The notes under the pieces: model-generated | Database searches by the model: none | The model's input: only the letters and a program-made list of their open reading frames with translations | What the model was told of the DNA's origin: nothing | Part shown: piece after piece, positions 12,526 to 26,573 of the stretch | Layout of the letters: every line of letters begins with the position of its first letter | How positions within the stretch are numbered: the first letter of the stretch is position 1 | Program-made: the position numbers and the translations under genes | NCBI GenBank assembly: GCA_016748015.1 | Contig: JAAOMT010000675.1 | Coordinates: 891,280-955,279 of the forward strand | DNA length: 64,000 nt | Direction of reading: 5' to 3' | Source: Geosiphon pyriformis uo1 | Lineage: Eukaryota; Fungi; Glomeromycota

Positions 12526-15500
12526 CTGACAATAATAATAACAAAAACAACAGTTCCAGCTCTGCTCAATATGGCAACAAAAATAACAACAATTCAGACT
12601 CTGATTTAAACCCCAAAATATATATTGTGCTTCCTAATCTCTCCAAGAAGCAGGAACTCAGATAGTTCAACAATAATAATGAAAGTATTATGCCAGAATG
12701 TGCACATGATACTGATGCTAGATTTGATTTAAGATATCCAGGAAAAAATGCCATTAAATTGGAACCACATTTGCACACATACATTGATTACAAAATAGCA
12801 TTAGAAATCCCAGCAACAACAATAGTTTAACTAGCATCTAGAAGTAGCTTAGCAAAAAAAGAAATCAACATCAGAGAAGGAATAATTAATACAAAATATG
12901 TAGAAAATATTATTGTAATACTACAAAATAAATCAGAAAAGATCTATATCATAGAGCCAAATAAAAAGATAGCACAGGCAATATTTTTGCTTCTGGTTAT
13001 AATAGCTTAATTAGTATCAGTAGAAAACAGGGAAAAATTAGGGATTACAGCAAGAGGGATATAGAGTTTTAAATCCACAAGTAGAATAAATGTACTAGTT
13101 AATATGGCAGAGAAAGAAATTGTTGACAAAAAAAAATTATCTCCATCTGTCAAGCAATTTTCATTCCATCATATAACTAGTATATATTAACCATAGAAAA
13201 GAAAATGAAGGATCAGGTTCAGATTTTTAAGGCAGAAGCAACACTTTGTGAATCAGGTAAAATTGGATTAGTCAATCTACACATACCAGCCTAAAATCAC
13301 AGTCATATCAAAATTTTTATTTATAATAACATGGGAAATATTATCGAGATACCAGAAGAAACCACTATTGGATATTTATTTACCAAAATTGAAGACCAAC
13401 TGCCAAATACCATTCCAAATTTTTCACAACTGTGTGAATACATGGATATCATATCACAAATAATATATGAATAAAAAGAATGTTATCTACTCCAATCAGA
13501 ACAATTGGAACAGATAAACTTAAGAAATCTAAACTCACTATAACATATGCAGCTCAAGATGTTACTTAACAACTTTAATGACATTTTTGCCAGCAAAAAT
13601 GAATTTGACAAAACTGACATTATTCAACATCAAATAAAAACTGGAGATACAATGCCAATTAAGCAAAAAACATACAAAGTACCACCAGCCAGCCATAAGA
13701 TTATTTGTCAAGAAATCAATTAGATGCTTGACAATGAACTAATTCAGTCATTAATAAGTCTATGGTCATCATCAGTGGTACTAGTCCATAAGAAAAATAG
13801 AAAAATCTGCTTTTGTGTGGATTACTGGAAACTGAATAGAGTGACCAAAGAAGATAGCTACCCAACACCAAAAATTCAAGAGCTGTTCGACATTTTTGGA
13901 AGAAAGAAATGGTTCTCAACTTTAGACTTAGACAGTGGTTACTGACAAGTAGCCATAAAATCAGAAGACAAGAAGAAAATGGCTTTTACAACTCAAAAAG
14001 AAAATTTCAAATTTGAAATAATGCTATTTGGTTTAATGAATACCCCTGTCATATTTCAACAACTCATGAAAATTGTCTATACTGGACTATTATAGAAGTC
14101 AATAGTCGTATATTTGGATGACACCAATGTGTTCTTCAAGACATTTGATGAACATTTACATTATTTTCAACAAGTATTTGAAAGACTAAGAAAAGCTGGA
14201 TTAAAATTAAATACAACTAAGTGCTTCTTTGGAAAAACTAAACTCAAATTTTTGGGATATGTTGTAAGCAAAGATAATATCAAAATGGATCTGAATAAGA
14301 TTGCAATATTAAAGAACTTTTCAATACCAACTAATTTGATAGAACTAAGAGCATTTTTGGAATTTGCAGGCTATTATTGCTATTTTATTAAGAATTTTTC
14401 TAAACTGGCTCAGCCACTCTATTATTTACAAACCAAAAATGTAAAGTATGAATGGACAAAAGCTCAACAAAAGGCATTTAACACACTAAGAAGAAAGCTT
14501 ATTTAAGCTCCAATATTAATGTATCCAGATTACAGCAAACTATTCATTATCACCACTAATGCATCAGGCCGAGCATTGGGAGCAGTACTATTTCAGAAAG
14601 GACCAGATAAAAGAAAACATTCATTAGCATATACTAGTCACAGCTTAAGTCCAGCAGAAAAAAACTATGGAACTCCAGTGCTAGAACACTTAGCTATCTA
14701 TTGGGCTGTCATAAAATAGAAAAAATACTTGAGTCAGAAGTTTGACATATACACTGATCATAAAGAATTAATTTCAATTTAGAAGCAAAAATTTAGAGAC
14801 AATTGCCATGTTAGATAAAAAATAGAACTTTTACCATTTAATTATACAGTATATTACAAAAAAATAAGAAAATAGAAATGCCGACAGTTTGTTGTAAATA
14901 AAACAAATTTAAAAACATTTCAAACCCAAAAATATAACAAAAAAATAAATATACAAAAATACTAACAACTACAACATTATATAAATACCCAATTGTTCAA
15001 GGAGAAATTATCTCAGAAAGAACAAAATAACATAAAACAACAATCAAAATATTTTATTAACCATCACAATATACTTTACCAGAAGAACAAAAGAAATCCA
15101 GATTAACTAACCAGAGTAATTACAGAACCAGAGAAAGAAACAATATTGTTCAATATGCACTCAGATCCAACAGCAGGACATTTTTACAAAGAAGCAACCA
15201 TGGAAAGAATCAGAAAAAAATACTATTGGCCATCAATATATCTAGATATTATTCAATATGTTCAAAATTGTGATGCTTGTCAAAAAAGAGGTGGAACAAA
15301 ATCCAGTAAACCATTAAGACCAATCAAAGTGGGACAACCATTCAATTGCATTGGAATTGATCTAGTTAGACTATTAAAAATAACCAGCAAAAGCAACAGA
15401 TATATTGTAACAGCCATAGATTATCTCACAAAATGACCAGAAACAAGAGCCATTCAAAGAGCAGATGCAAAATCCATTGCCAAATTCGTTTATTAAGATG

Positions 15501-15735
15501 TAATCTGTCAACATAGATGTCCAAAAAAACTATTATCAGATCAAGGAATTTACTTTGTAAATAGAACATTAGCAGAATTAAGTCAAAGATTTGGAATAAA
15601 AAAGACCATTATTATTATCATACCATCTACAAACAAATGGATTAGTTAAAAGATTTAACAGAACATTGTGTGAAGCAATTGCCAAAATCAGCCAAAAAAA
15701 CCAGAATAAATAAGATTTGTTTATATCATTAGTAT
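12526..15735 (+). mobile_element. Element A, segment 2: dUTPase, dUTPase-like domain, RT, RNase H, N-terminal integrase
   Basis: DARFDLRYP at ~12714, YLDDTNVF at ~14111, TTNASG/YTDHK in RH, HSDPTAGHF...CDACQ; cut by C at 15736. Confidence 0.93.
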
Positions 15736-16454
15736 TGTTATGGTTGAAACTTATACTTTTTATTAATTATCACATGTATTAGCCACTGATGTTATATAAA
15801 TTAACCACTTTATTTTTAAAAAGTGATCATTAACTTGATCAATAATCTGACTATTGACTTAATTATTGACCTAATCAATAACCTGATTATTGACCTGATC
15901 ATTAACCTGATCATTGACCTGATTATTGACCACTTTTGATAGCTTTATAAGCAATAAATCTCTTAGCTGTAGAAAAGTATATAAGAATCAAAAAAATAAA
16001 AATAACAACTTTTATCTTAATTATTCTCTTATTACTAAATTCTTTTTCCTTACCTTCAAGTATCTAAACATTTTGGGATAAAAGATCACTTGTTGGTTAT
16101 TTCTTACTTTTTCCTAAAACATATAATTGCAGCATTTAAAAATTATTGAATAAAACGTGACTGAAGAGTACATCTGATACCTAATATTGAATTCTAAGAA
16201 TACCAACATAAAACATAGAATTATATCAGTATGTAATTATTTGTTGACAGTACAGACTATTTTTCTACCTTCAGATTCTCTGGTTATCTTTTGAAAAGTA
16301 TAGTGACTGAGATATTTTATAAGACTGATCTTGCACATTGAATTCATACTCATTCAATTCACTCTTTGAAGTTAAATTCTCTTTGATTTTTTTTATCACC
16401 CTACAATCTTGTTTTTCCTTGCTATCTGTTAGCTTATTACTCTAACCCATAACA
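15736..16454 (+). repeat. C 5' LTR
   Basis: tgttatgg...cataaca; matches 22747-23310 + 43864-43959; contains tandem ttgacctgatca units. Confidence 0.93.
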
Positions 16455-16460
16455 TAAAAG

Positions 16461-16477
16461 TGGTGCTCTCTGTAAGG
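16461..16477 (+). promoter_or_regulatory. C primer-binding site
   Basis: tggtgctctctgtaagg, 6 nt after the LTR end. Confidence 0.8.
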
Positions 16478-16499
16478 TTGTCAAAATCCACTTTGTTTT

Positions 16500-19400
16500 C
16501 TATTGTATAGATGATTATTTATACCTGCCACAACAATCAGAAGAACACTTTGAAGCACACAACAAAAATAATCTAGACTTTATTGAACTCAATTTTTTGC
16601 CCTCTTGCTTGATTTGCTTCCCCATTAAAAAACAATCCAGCAGACAATTCCAAGACTTTTGGAACTGGTTCTTGAATGAGCATTTAACTGAAACCTACAC
16701 AGTTTATACAACCTATTACTTTGACCAAGCTTATTTTGAAGACAACTTTGAAAAAAGAAACAACAGTATCAATCAGCTCTTATATTCTACAATTTTTGAA
16801 CAACAGTTCTCTAATTTCGAATATCTGAATCATCAAATCCACATTTGGATTGCTGCCCATCAATCAACTGAAACTTCTCTTGAAATAAAAGAAGAAAGCT
16901 ATCAAACCACTCCTGTTTTTGATCTTTTTTCAAGTAAATCAAAACACTCCACACAAACAGTTACACCTAAACCAATGGCTTAAGACCTTCTGCAACAAAA
17001 CATTCTGATCACTTTTCAAGATATACAGACTGCTTTAGGGTAAAGAAACAACACCTTATTACTATTATTTAGAGATGATGCCCAAGATCCAATTAAATGG
17101 CTGGATGATTTTGAAAGAACTGCCACAGCAAACCAATATGATAATGAATACAAGTTTCAAATCATTGGTGACTACCTCCAAAACTCTTCTGCTACTTGGT
17201 TCTTACAAGAAACCAATACTAATGCTCAGCAAAAAATCATTAGATAGACACCAGCAAATGCTAGAGAAGATAATATCTCTTTTACTACCTGGTTTGAAAC
17301 AAAATTTAAAACTCTTATCTTGATATCCAAATGACATATGGAGTTGGAAAAAAGAACCCAAGACCCAAGAGAAATAGTAACTGAATATGCTAAAGTCATT
17401 AGAAAACTAATTAAGCATATAGACTCTGATAAAAATTGAACAGAAGAGCAAAAAATTTATTTCTTTACAAAAGAATTGAGAACTGACCTTTCATATGCTC
17501 TTTGGCCCTTCCTGGCTCTGAAAGATAATCTCACAATGGATATGGCCATTGAACTTGCCCAGAGAATAGAAGACAACCAAAGAATGCACTTAGAATTTAC
17601 TCTTTTAGTTTTTGCTCCTGCTTCTGCCATGGTTCCAGCTCCACAAATGGCTGCTACCTCTTTTGTCACTCATACTTAAGATCCCAATAAACAATTAATA
17701 GACAGACTTACTGCTAACTTTGTTCAGTTATTAGAATCATTAACCCAAGCAGTCAGAGACAACCAGCAACCCCAAAGACTCAGATTTAAACTCTGCTTCA
17801 ATCAGCTCCAACAACCATCATATTAAAGACAACAAAATAGTGGCCCACCAATGTGCTATTATTGTGAACTAACTGGACACTTTTCCAAAGACTGTAACAA
17901 TTCTCCATTGTCCTCTCCAGCTCCTAAAAATAATAACACCCAGAATAACAAACCCAACAATAATAATGTTTCCAATCAAAGACCCAATCATGCCAACATC
18001 AATTTTTTTGGAGAAGATCCCTTAGTTGAAGTTATTATTTATTAGCCTTTAAACTGGTAGGTGCATTTCCAAAAAGTAAGAGTGTAAGCCAACCAGAAGA
18101 AAACTCCTTTTACATCTTTAACCTAACTGATGATAATCATGATATGGATGAACTGGCAATCAATGCCTCTGACTTAACAAGAAAGAAGAAAAAAGCCAAG
18201 ATTGATTTCATTCTAGATCTCAACAAAGTCTCAACTTCCACTGCTGACAACAATGAGCCACCAAAGACTAAAGTTTTTAAAAATTCTCCAAAGTTAGAAC
18301 CTCCAGAAATAGTACAAAAATCTGGCCTCTATTTTGTTGTTAAAGATTTTATAGAAACCCCAGCACATATTACATTTGGCCAACTAATGATTTATCTATA
18401 GTTCAGAAAAAATTTTTGCAAATTATTGATACCAAAAAAAAGACACCAAAAACCAATAAGCATTCTTGTTAAGCTGGATTTCCTAACAACAACAATATTA
18501 CTCCTCTGATTTGCAAAGCCCAAGTAGCTGGCTACTTTATTGATTTAATTCTAGACAGTGAATCATCTGTTAGTGTAATTGCCAAACACTTTCTAAAAGC
18601 CATTGGAAGAAAGATTGATAAACCTTCTACCCAGCTTATAACCAATGTACATGGTAACAAAAAAAAAAGCCTGAGTATAGCCAAAGCTGTTTCTGTTTGT
18701 ATCAATGATATTAGCATCAAAACAAACATAGAAGTATCTGAAGCAAAAGAGTATACTATTATTGTTAGTAATGAGTGGCTTAAGAAAGTCAAAGCACTAC
18801 TTGACTATGAACTTTGTGAGCTAACCATTAGATGTGGTAAGAAACCCATTGTGGTTAAATGCCATCATTGGACAACTTCTCTAGTAACCAAATAGAACCA
18901 AGAAAAACAATCAGATAAATCAGATGATGATGAGAATGATAATAAAAAAGATCAAGAAGAACAAAAAGAAACTGTTGAACTCACTTATACTATCTTCACC
19001 AGCAATGACAAGCCACTGGACAATATTAAAGCTAACAAAAAAGGAATCATAGTAAATGGCAAGCTAATCTGCTGGCCCTACTATGACATCCTCAGAAGAA
19101 TCTTTGATAGAAAACCTGGCAAGAAAGCCAAATACAGCTATTGGTGGCATGGTTTTTGTGCCAGGTGCTGGTGTAATAAACCTTTGTATTTTCCTAATAA
19201 TAAATGCAAGTCTTGCCTAATTTATTACAAAGATTGGGAGCCAATTAGTTTAATACCTAGAGAAGAACTAAAAGAAGTATAAAAGTTCTTTAAGAGTGAA
19301 CCACCTGAAATTTAATTCCTAGTTGTAGAACAAAGAGAATCTTCCTCTAAAAAAAGAAAAGTGAACATTGAAAATCTGTTGGCTAAAAATGGCCCAGTTA

Positions 19401-20719
19401 TTTCAAAAAAAGATGATACCCTTGGATGAATTCATATGATACAACACACCACAAAAGAAACTTGTCCCATCTATTTGAAGCCTTATCAATCCAATCAATA
19501 CAATAATGAATTTATCAAGAAAAAGATAAACAGGATAAAAAATCTTGGATTCATACAAAAAACCAAGAGTGAATAGGCTTTTCCAGTTGTAGTGGTATCC
19601 AAGAAAGATAGAACCCTATGCTTCTGTGTTGGCTATTGCCAACTAAATGTCATCACTATAAAAAACATGTACCCACTTCCCAAAATTGATACAATGCTAG
19701 ATAAATTCAATGGTGCTGCTTTCTTCTCAACTATTGACTTAATTGCTGGATTCTGGCAAGTAGAGATAGATTCAGAAAGCAGAAAGAAAACTGCCTTTAT
19801 CACCAAGTATAGCATTTATGAATTCACAGTCATGTCTTTTGGTCTTACCAATGTTCCTCCCACCTTTTAATGTCTAATGGATAAAGTGTTTAAATCAGTA
19901 AAAAAAAACTTTGTTCTGGTTTACTTAGATAACATAATAGTATATTCAAAAACCTGGGATAAACATCTTAAATATTTACAGAAGGTTTTTGATCTGTTCA
20001 GAAATGCTGGTTTTAAAATCAACCCAATCAAATCTTTCTTTAGATGCCAATCTACCCAGTTCCTTGGTCATCTTATTACAAAAGATAGAATCTTCCCTGA
20101 CCCAGTTAAAGTTGAAAAAGTTCAAAACATTAGACAACTAATAAATGTTCCTAAACTATGCTCTTTCCTTGGTTTGGTCTCTTTCTATTGCAAATTTATC
20201 AAAGATTTCTCCAAAATTGCCTTTTCTTTCAATCAGCTGCTCAAAAAAAATGTCAATTATTACTGGGGCACTCATCAACAAAAAGCTTTTGAAATTCTAA
20301 AAGAAAAACTTATTACTGAACCAATTCTCAAGCAACCTAATCTGGACTAACCTTTTATCTTTTACACTGGCTATGGACTTAGTGCTGTTCTTTTACAGAA
20401 AAATGAAAATGGCAGAGAATATGCCATAGCATATGCTAGTAGATCTCTTACACCAGCAGAAAAAAACTATTCAGTTACTGAACAAGAATGTCTAGCAGTA
20501 GTTTGGGCTACTAGCTATTGGGATCAATATCTTCTTGGTGCAAAATTTTTAGTAGTAATAGATCATCAAGCCTTGGTTTGGCTGCACAATAAAAAGAAGC
20601 TAGAACACAAACAAATAACTTGCTGGATATTCCACTTAAATGAATTCGACTATAATATTCAATACTACAAAGAAGCAAATCATTAAAACACTGATGCTCT
20701 TTCTAGACTTATCATCTAG
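16500..20719 (+). pseudogene. C ORF1 remnant: Gag, protease, small Cys module, RT, RNase H
   Basis: CYYCELTGHFSKDC at ~17853, LILDSESSVSVI at ~18545, VYLDNII in RT, DHQAL...DALSR, then TAG TAA at 20717-20722. Confidence 0.9.
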
Positions 20720-20786
20720 TAATTGTACAATCTCTTAAACCAAACCAACTTAATTATTAGTAACTTCTTCACAAACAAACACGATA

Positions 20787-22019
20787 ATGGACTTGGACAA
20801 CTACTCTGCCTTAATAGAATTTTTGAATAAAGAACAATACCCACCAGAATACACTTAACAGCAAAGAAAACATTTGTGCAAACAATCAAATTTCTATTTA
20901 ATCTGCCAAAACCAATTATATAAAAGAAACAAAAAAGATCCTGACTGTTTCCAAAAAGAAATTGTAATATACAACATGCACACTGACCCATTAACTAGAC
21001 ACTTTAGAAAAACAAAGACAATTCAAAAAACTTTAGCTCGCTATTATTAGCCTACTTTGGAAAAGAACATTGCTGAATACATCAAAACCTGTAACATTTG
21101 CCAAAGAAGAAGCAAACCCAATTGCAAAGAAGATATCTATTTAATCTTTGTTGGTTAATCATTTGACAGAATTAGTATAAATGTTGTTAGACTTTTAACA
21201 ATAACTTTTGATGACAACAGATACATTATTACAGCTACTGACTATCTTACAAAGTAGGTAAAAGCAAGAGCCATTCCAGACCAAATAACAGTCTTAATAG
21301 CCAATTTCATTTATAAAGATATCATCTGTCATTATGGCTGCCCCAAAAAACTTTTATCTGATAGAAAAAAAGCTTTTCTTAATACACTGGTTGAAGAACT
21401 TTGTAGAAAAATAAGAATATATTATAAACTTTCTTCCCTTTATCACCCCCAAACAAATGGCCTAGTAGAACATTTTAATAGAACACTATATAAAACCCTA
21501 GCCAAAACCAGTAAAGAAACAAATTTATGAAACAAAGTACTGTCTTTAGCTTTGTTTGCTTATAGAACTGTGAATTATGACATAACAAGTTATGAATCTT
21601 TTTATCTGCTCTATGAACACATGGCAACACTACCAATAGAAACTGACATTGAAACAATACCCTTTGAAGAGATCACAACAGAAAATTACAAAGACATTTT
21701 GCAAAGAAAACTTGGTACCATTTTTGACTTCTTGGTAGAAGCATGAATAATTGCTTTTAAAAAAATAAAACAGTTTTAAGAAAAGCTTAAGAAAAAAAAA
21801 ACCTATAAAACACTTTTTTTAAGTGTTGGTAATTTGGTACTAGAATACCGTTCTGACAGAAACAATGTTTATGATAATAAATTCTCTAGCCGATGGAAAG
21901 GACCCTTTATAGTCAACAAAGTTTTGAACAACAGTTTTTATATTCTTCAAGATCAATCTAGAACAATCTTCAATGATCATCTTGTTCATAATACATGACT
22001 CAAAAAATATCATAAATGA
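20787..22019 (+). pseudogene. C integrase (separate ORF with own ATG)
   Basis: MDLDNYSALIEFL...HTDPLTRHF...CNICQ...PQTNGLVEHFNRTL...WKGPF. Confidence 0.87.
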
Positions 22020-22024
22020 TCTGA

Positions 22025-22737
22025 TTGGCTGTCTGTTGTGGTAATATTGACTCAAATAATCAGCAAAAATCAAGTAGAAATAAATGCACTATTCCCAAAA
22101 CAGAGGTATCTTCAATCAACATAAACAATTATTTTCTGGATCAAAACATTCAAAACACTTTCTATACTCTCCATAAGTATTGGATCAAAAACTATTCAAA
22201 TGCTACTTTGATCATTGGAAAACAAATTACCATAACTAATAACAGTAGAACACATACTGTTATTAGACCAAAAAAAACTACTACCAAAAGAGAAAAAATT
22301 GGTAGTAAAATAGATAAATATCTGTTGGAAAGTATAACAGCAGCTATATTCCCACTTTTTAACACAATTGAAAAAACACTTCAAGAAATCTTACTCATAG
22401 ACAAAAACTTGTCATATGGAAAACAATTAGAACTCTATAGTCACTTTGGTAAAATCATAGAGGATATGAAACTCATGAAAAAAACAACTTTAGAGATACA
22501 GGCAGAAATTTTGAGCATTATATGGTTAGATATCCCAAGAGTTTTAACTATTGCTAAAAGAACCAAAACTCTAATACAAAGATTTGGTTTCTTGGATACA
22601 AAACTCATTTCGCCTTAAGTGTTATATACCTTATCCACAAAAAACTTCAACAAACTAGTTAGCTTTGAGTTAGATAAAACCCTTCAAATAGATTACATCA
22701 TAAATAGCTTGATTTTGCCAGAGCTCAATCTCTTTAG
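22025..22737 (+). pseudogene. C ORF3-position ORF (unknown function)
   Basis: 197-codon open frame 22025-22618 that continues past one stop to the PPT; weak resemblance (YSHFGK...AKRT) to ORF3 of the other elements. Confidence 0.65.
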
Positions 22738-22746
22738 AGAGAATGA

Positions 22747-23310
22747 TGTTACAGTTGAAACTTATACTTCTTATTAATTATCACATGTATTAGCCACTGA
22801 TGTCATATAAATTAGCCATTCTATTTTTAGAAAGTGATCATTAATCTGGTTATTGACTTGATCATTAACCACTTTTGATAGCTATATAAACAATAAATCT
22901 CTTAGCTGTAAAAAAGTATGTAAGAATCAAAAAAATAAAAGAAATAAAAATAATAACTTTCATTTCAATCATTTTCTTATTGCTAAATTTCTTTTCTCTA
23001 CTTTCAAGTATCTAAACATCTTGGGATAAAAAATCACTTGTTGATTATTTCCTACCTTTTCCTAAAATGTGTAATTGCAGCATTTGAAGATTATTGAATA
23101 AAACATGATTGAAAAGTACATCTAATATCTGATATTGAATTCTAAAAGTGCCAACATGAGACATAGAATTATACCAGTATATAATTATTTGTTAACAGTA
23201 TGGACTATTTCTTTATCTTTAAATTTTCTGGTTATTTTTTGAAAAGTATAGCAACTGAAATATTTTATGAGACTGATCTCACACATTGAATTCATACTTA
23301 TTCAATTCAC
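22747..23310 (+). repeat. C 3' LTR, left part (split by D)
   Basis: tgttacagttgaaac matches the 5' LTR start; interrupted after ...ttcaattcac. Confidence 0.93.
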
Positions 23311-24364
23311 TGTTATGAGTATACTTGGTGGAGTTAGAAGATAGTAACATTTGGTGCTCTCAATTATTAGTAAGGCATGTTTCATGTAATTTTACTGGCT
23401 TAGTCTTGATTATCAGTCTCTGAAAATCTTCTTTACTGGTTGTGAATTTACCTGTTGAGTTCTTTGGTTATAAGGCACAGAGTTTTGGTTCTCACTGATT
23501 ACAACTTCTTATAAAGATGCTTTTTTTTCTGAACTAACAAGCACAGTCATTAGGGTCTGGTATTGTCTTTTTGCCTTTCTAATAAGCTATCAAGATAACA
23601 TTAATATCTAAAAACCTAGAAAGAGCTTTCTTCTTTTATCAGGCTATCACAAAGTCTATTCCCAGACAGTTGATTTTACTATGTTGCTACTTTACAAAAG
23701 AATAAAAAAAATAAATAAAAAAAAAATAAAAAATAAAAGAAAGAAAAATAAAAGAAAAAAAGAAATAAAAAAAATTAGTATCATCAATCACCATAATCAA
23801 GAGCAATTGGTCCAAATTGTTAATAGTTTAAGGTAGTTATGCTAAGAGCATTTGTTCTGGAACAAAGGTATGACACAATGGTTAATTCACATAAATTTCA
23901 CAAAGTTTAAGAACATAAATTTGTGATTTTGATTTTTTGATAATTGATTTTATTTCAAAAGATGAAGATGGAATAGAATAAATAATGGAAGGGGTAAGAA
24001 TATTTAATTCTTATCTAGTAGTTCATATCTATCTGTCTTTTTTCTACCTTTTATAACTACTCACTTATATACATTTTTTTTGGTTTTACAAGATTGCTTC
24101 TGATTGTTTCATTATTGCTAACTATTGGTTTATTATTTCTGTTATTGCTTTGTTCTTCTACATTATTACTAGTTATCTTATATTATAACACATTATCTAG
24201 TGTTATTATATGTTATTCTGTGTTATCCTATATTATAACACGTTATTCTGCACTATTCTAAGTTATAATGTGTTATCCAACATTATTGCACACTATTCTG
24301 TATTATGTTATATTCTGATTACGTTTCTTTATAACTTTGGATTGGTTTTTCTACTTGGGTAACA
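23311..24364 (-). repeat. D 3' LTR
   Basis: tgttatgag...gggtaaca; direct repeat of 42811-43863. Confidence 0.95.
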
Positions 24365-24379
24365 TTATCTCTTTCTTTT

Positions 24380-25100
24380 TAGAATTGAGCTCCTGCGAAA
24401 TCATATGTATCTGTTCCTGTATTTTCATTTGTGTAATGTTCAATGGTTGTGTTAAGTATTATTTTTTATAAGTTTTTGAACTGTTGATTGGTAATTCATC
24501 TTATGTTGTTAATTATTATTGTCTTTATAGATCCATATAACAGTACATTTGGACAATATTAGAAAGCAGTGTATAGTCAATATGCTGCTTTGTAATGTAA
24601 GATCAGGTTGCTTCTTTCTACAAATTTTTTTACTTGTTGCATTGCTTCTTTGTTGAAAGTTTTCTGGCTAAAGTCTCCATATAATGTTTTTAAGTCTAAT
24701 TGTTTACCCATTTTGTAGAACCAATAAGCTGGGGGAAGTTTTTTTTTTCATTTCTTTGCATTGTCTGGTGTCTATTCTCCTGTTTTAGAGAGATTGATCT
24801 TATGAGCTAAAGCTTCTTTGATTTTTTCCAGCTCAGAGACCAAGTATCTTTTTTTATAACCTTTTTCTCATTTTTCCATTCTTTTTTCAAGCCTTGTCCA
24901 AGATGATTTAATTCTTTTTTGTAAAATTTCTTTCTTGAGTGGAGTGTAGGAATGAAAACAGTTAGTTTTAGTTAAACTTACGTTCATCTTTTTCTTGCTT
25001 CTATCTTTATAGCATATTTTTTTTTTATCAATTGTCACTTCTATTTGAGTAGAAGATTGTTGAATTGCATTAAATAGTTGTTTCAAAAGTTGTAGAATTT
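24380..25100 (-). pseudogene. D ORF3
   Basis: ...LSDQILQLLKQLFNAIQQ...AYWFYKMGKQLDLKTLYGD...CPNVLL...GAQF*; clearly homologous to B ORF3. Confidence 0.72.
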
Positions 25101-25189
25101 GATCTGACAAGTTTATGTTGAAAGTTCTATTATTTCTTGCTGTTTTTTGGATGCTATATATATTTGAATTTCCTAATTTAATTTGCTGC

Positions 25190-26563
25190 ATGTTGTTTAC
25201 ATTTCTATGACGATAAGTGGTTCCAAATCTTGTGGTATATTTTCTGGTCTAATTAATGAAATTTGTGTTCCTAGCTAAGATATTGATGATGATAATTCCT
25301 GTTTTGCATGATAAATTTTTAACCAATTTTTATGCACTACTTTCTTTAAAATTCTGTCTTTCAATCATAATTTGTAAGCTCCATTTCCTAAAACTTCGTG
25401 TATGTGAAATAGACCATCCCACTTTGGGTCGAATTTTCCATTCCACTGTTTTTCAGCTTTTGTACAATATAACAGTATTTGGTCTTCAATCTTAAATTCC
25501 ATTGGTTGTTCTAATAGGTGATTATCATGTCTTTCTTTTTGTTATTCTTGAGCATGACTAATATTGTCAGCTGCTGTTCTTTGATTGTCTTCTAACATTT
25601 CTATTAGCTAGTATATTCTTTGGTATAAAGTAGCTTTAAAATTCTCTTCATTGATTGTTTCTGTTGGGTATAACAATATTACTTGTTCAATTAGTAATGT
25701 AGTTTTTCTTCTATAGACTAGTTCAAATGGTGTGAACTGAGTCATATTTTGTTTCAATATTCAGTATGCAAAAAGTACAGAAGGTATGAATAAGTCCCAT
25801 TCTTGTTTGTTTTTATGACTTATTTTTACTAGTGCTTTGCATAGTGTTTAGTTAAATTGTTCTACCAGTTCATTTGTTTGTAGGTGATATGATGACAATA
25901 AGAATTGCTTTATTTCAAACTATTGGCTTAGTTCAGTTAGCGTATTATTAATGAAATGTGTTCCCTGATCAGATAATAATTCTTTCAGGCATTTATGTCA
26001 GCAAATTAGGTCTTAATGCACAAATTTGGCTACTGTTTTGGTGTCAACCACTTGGATTGCTCTGGCTTCTGGCCATTTTGTAAGATAGTCTATGGTTATA
26101 GTGATATAGTGATTCCTTGGAATGTAATTGAGAGAGGTCCAACCAAATTAATCTCAATTTTATCAAATGGATTTTCAACTAGAATAGATCAAAATGGTTC
26201 TGTTGATCTTGCTCCTCCTTTTTACTAACATGAATCACACTTGAGCATGTATTTGAAAATGTCTTTGTACATCATTGGCCAATAGTATAAATTTAGTGTT
26301 CTTTTGAAGATAACATCTTTGTTAAAGTGTCCTGTGGTTAGATCAGAATGCATACTATGCAATATAGTTTTTTTTTCATTGTTTTTAATAACTTGTTGTG
26401 GAGTGGGATGGTTTTGGCATTCTTGTTGATATAGTTGGTTGTCTTAAATAAAGTAATTTCAGGTTTGTTTTCATATAGTACTTTGTTCCTGTTGAGATAA
26501 TATCTCTTTGAAACATAGTGTTAATAGGTACTAATGTAGTCAGTAGTAATTGGTTGTATTCAT
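25190..26563 (-). pseudogene. D integrase (separate ORF)
   Basis: ATG at 26563-26561 (MNTTNYY*LH*YLL), HSDLTTGHF, CDSC, DQGTHF, KWDGLF/GAYKL. Confidence 0.87.
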
Positions 26564-26573
26564 GGGTCTGGGA

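Noticed and set aside
22025-22618. ORF3 as a retroviral-type env
   Set aside because: Too short and hydrophilic, with no signal peptide, transmembrane segment or furin/fusion pattern.
23344-23362. gtaacatttggtgctct as the LTR end + PBS of an additional plus-strand element
   Set aside because: It lies inside D's LTR, has a counterpart in the other D LTR, and no internal region follows. Reinterpreted as the U5 anti-PBS motif.
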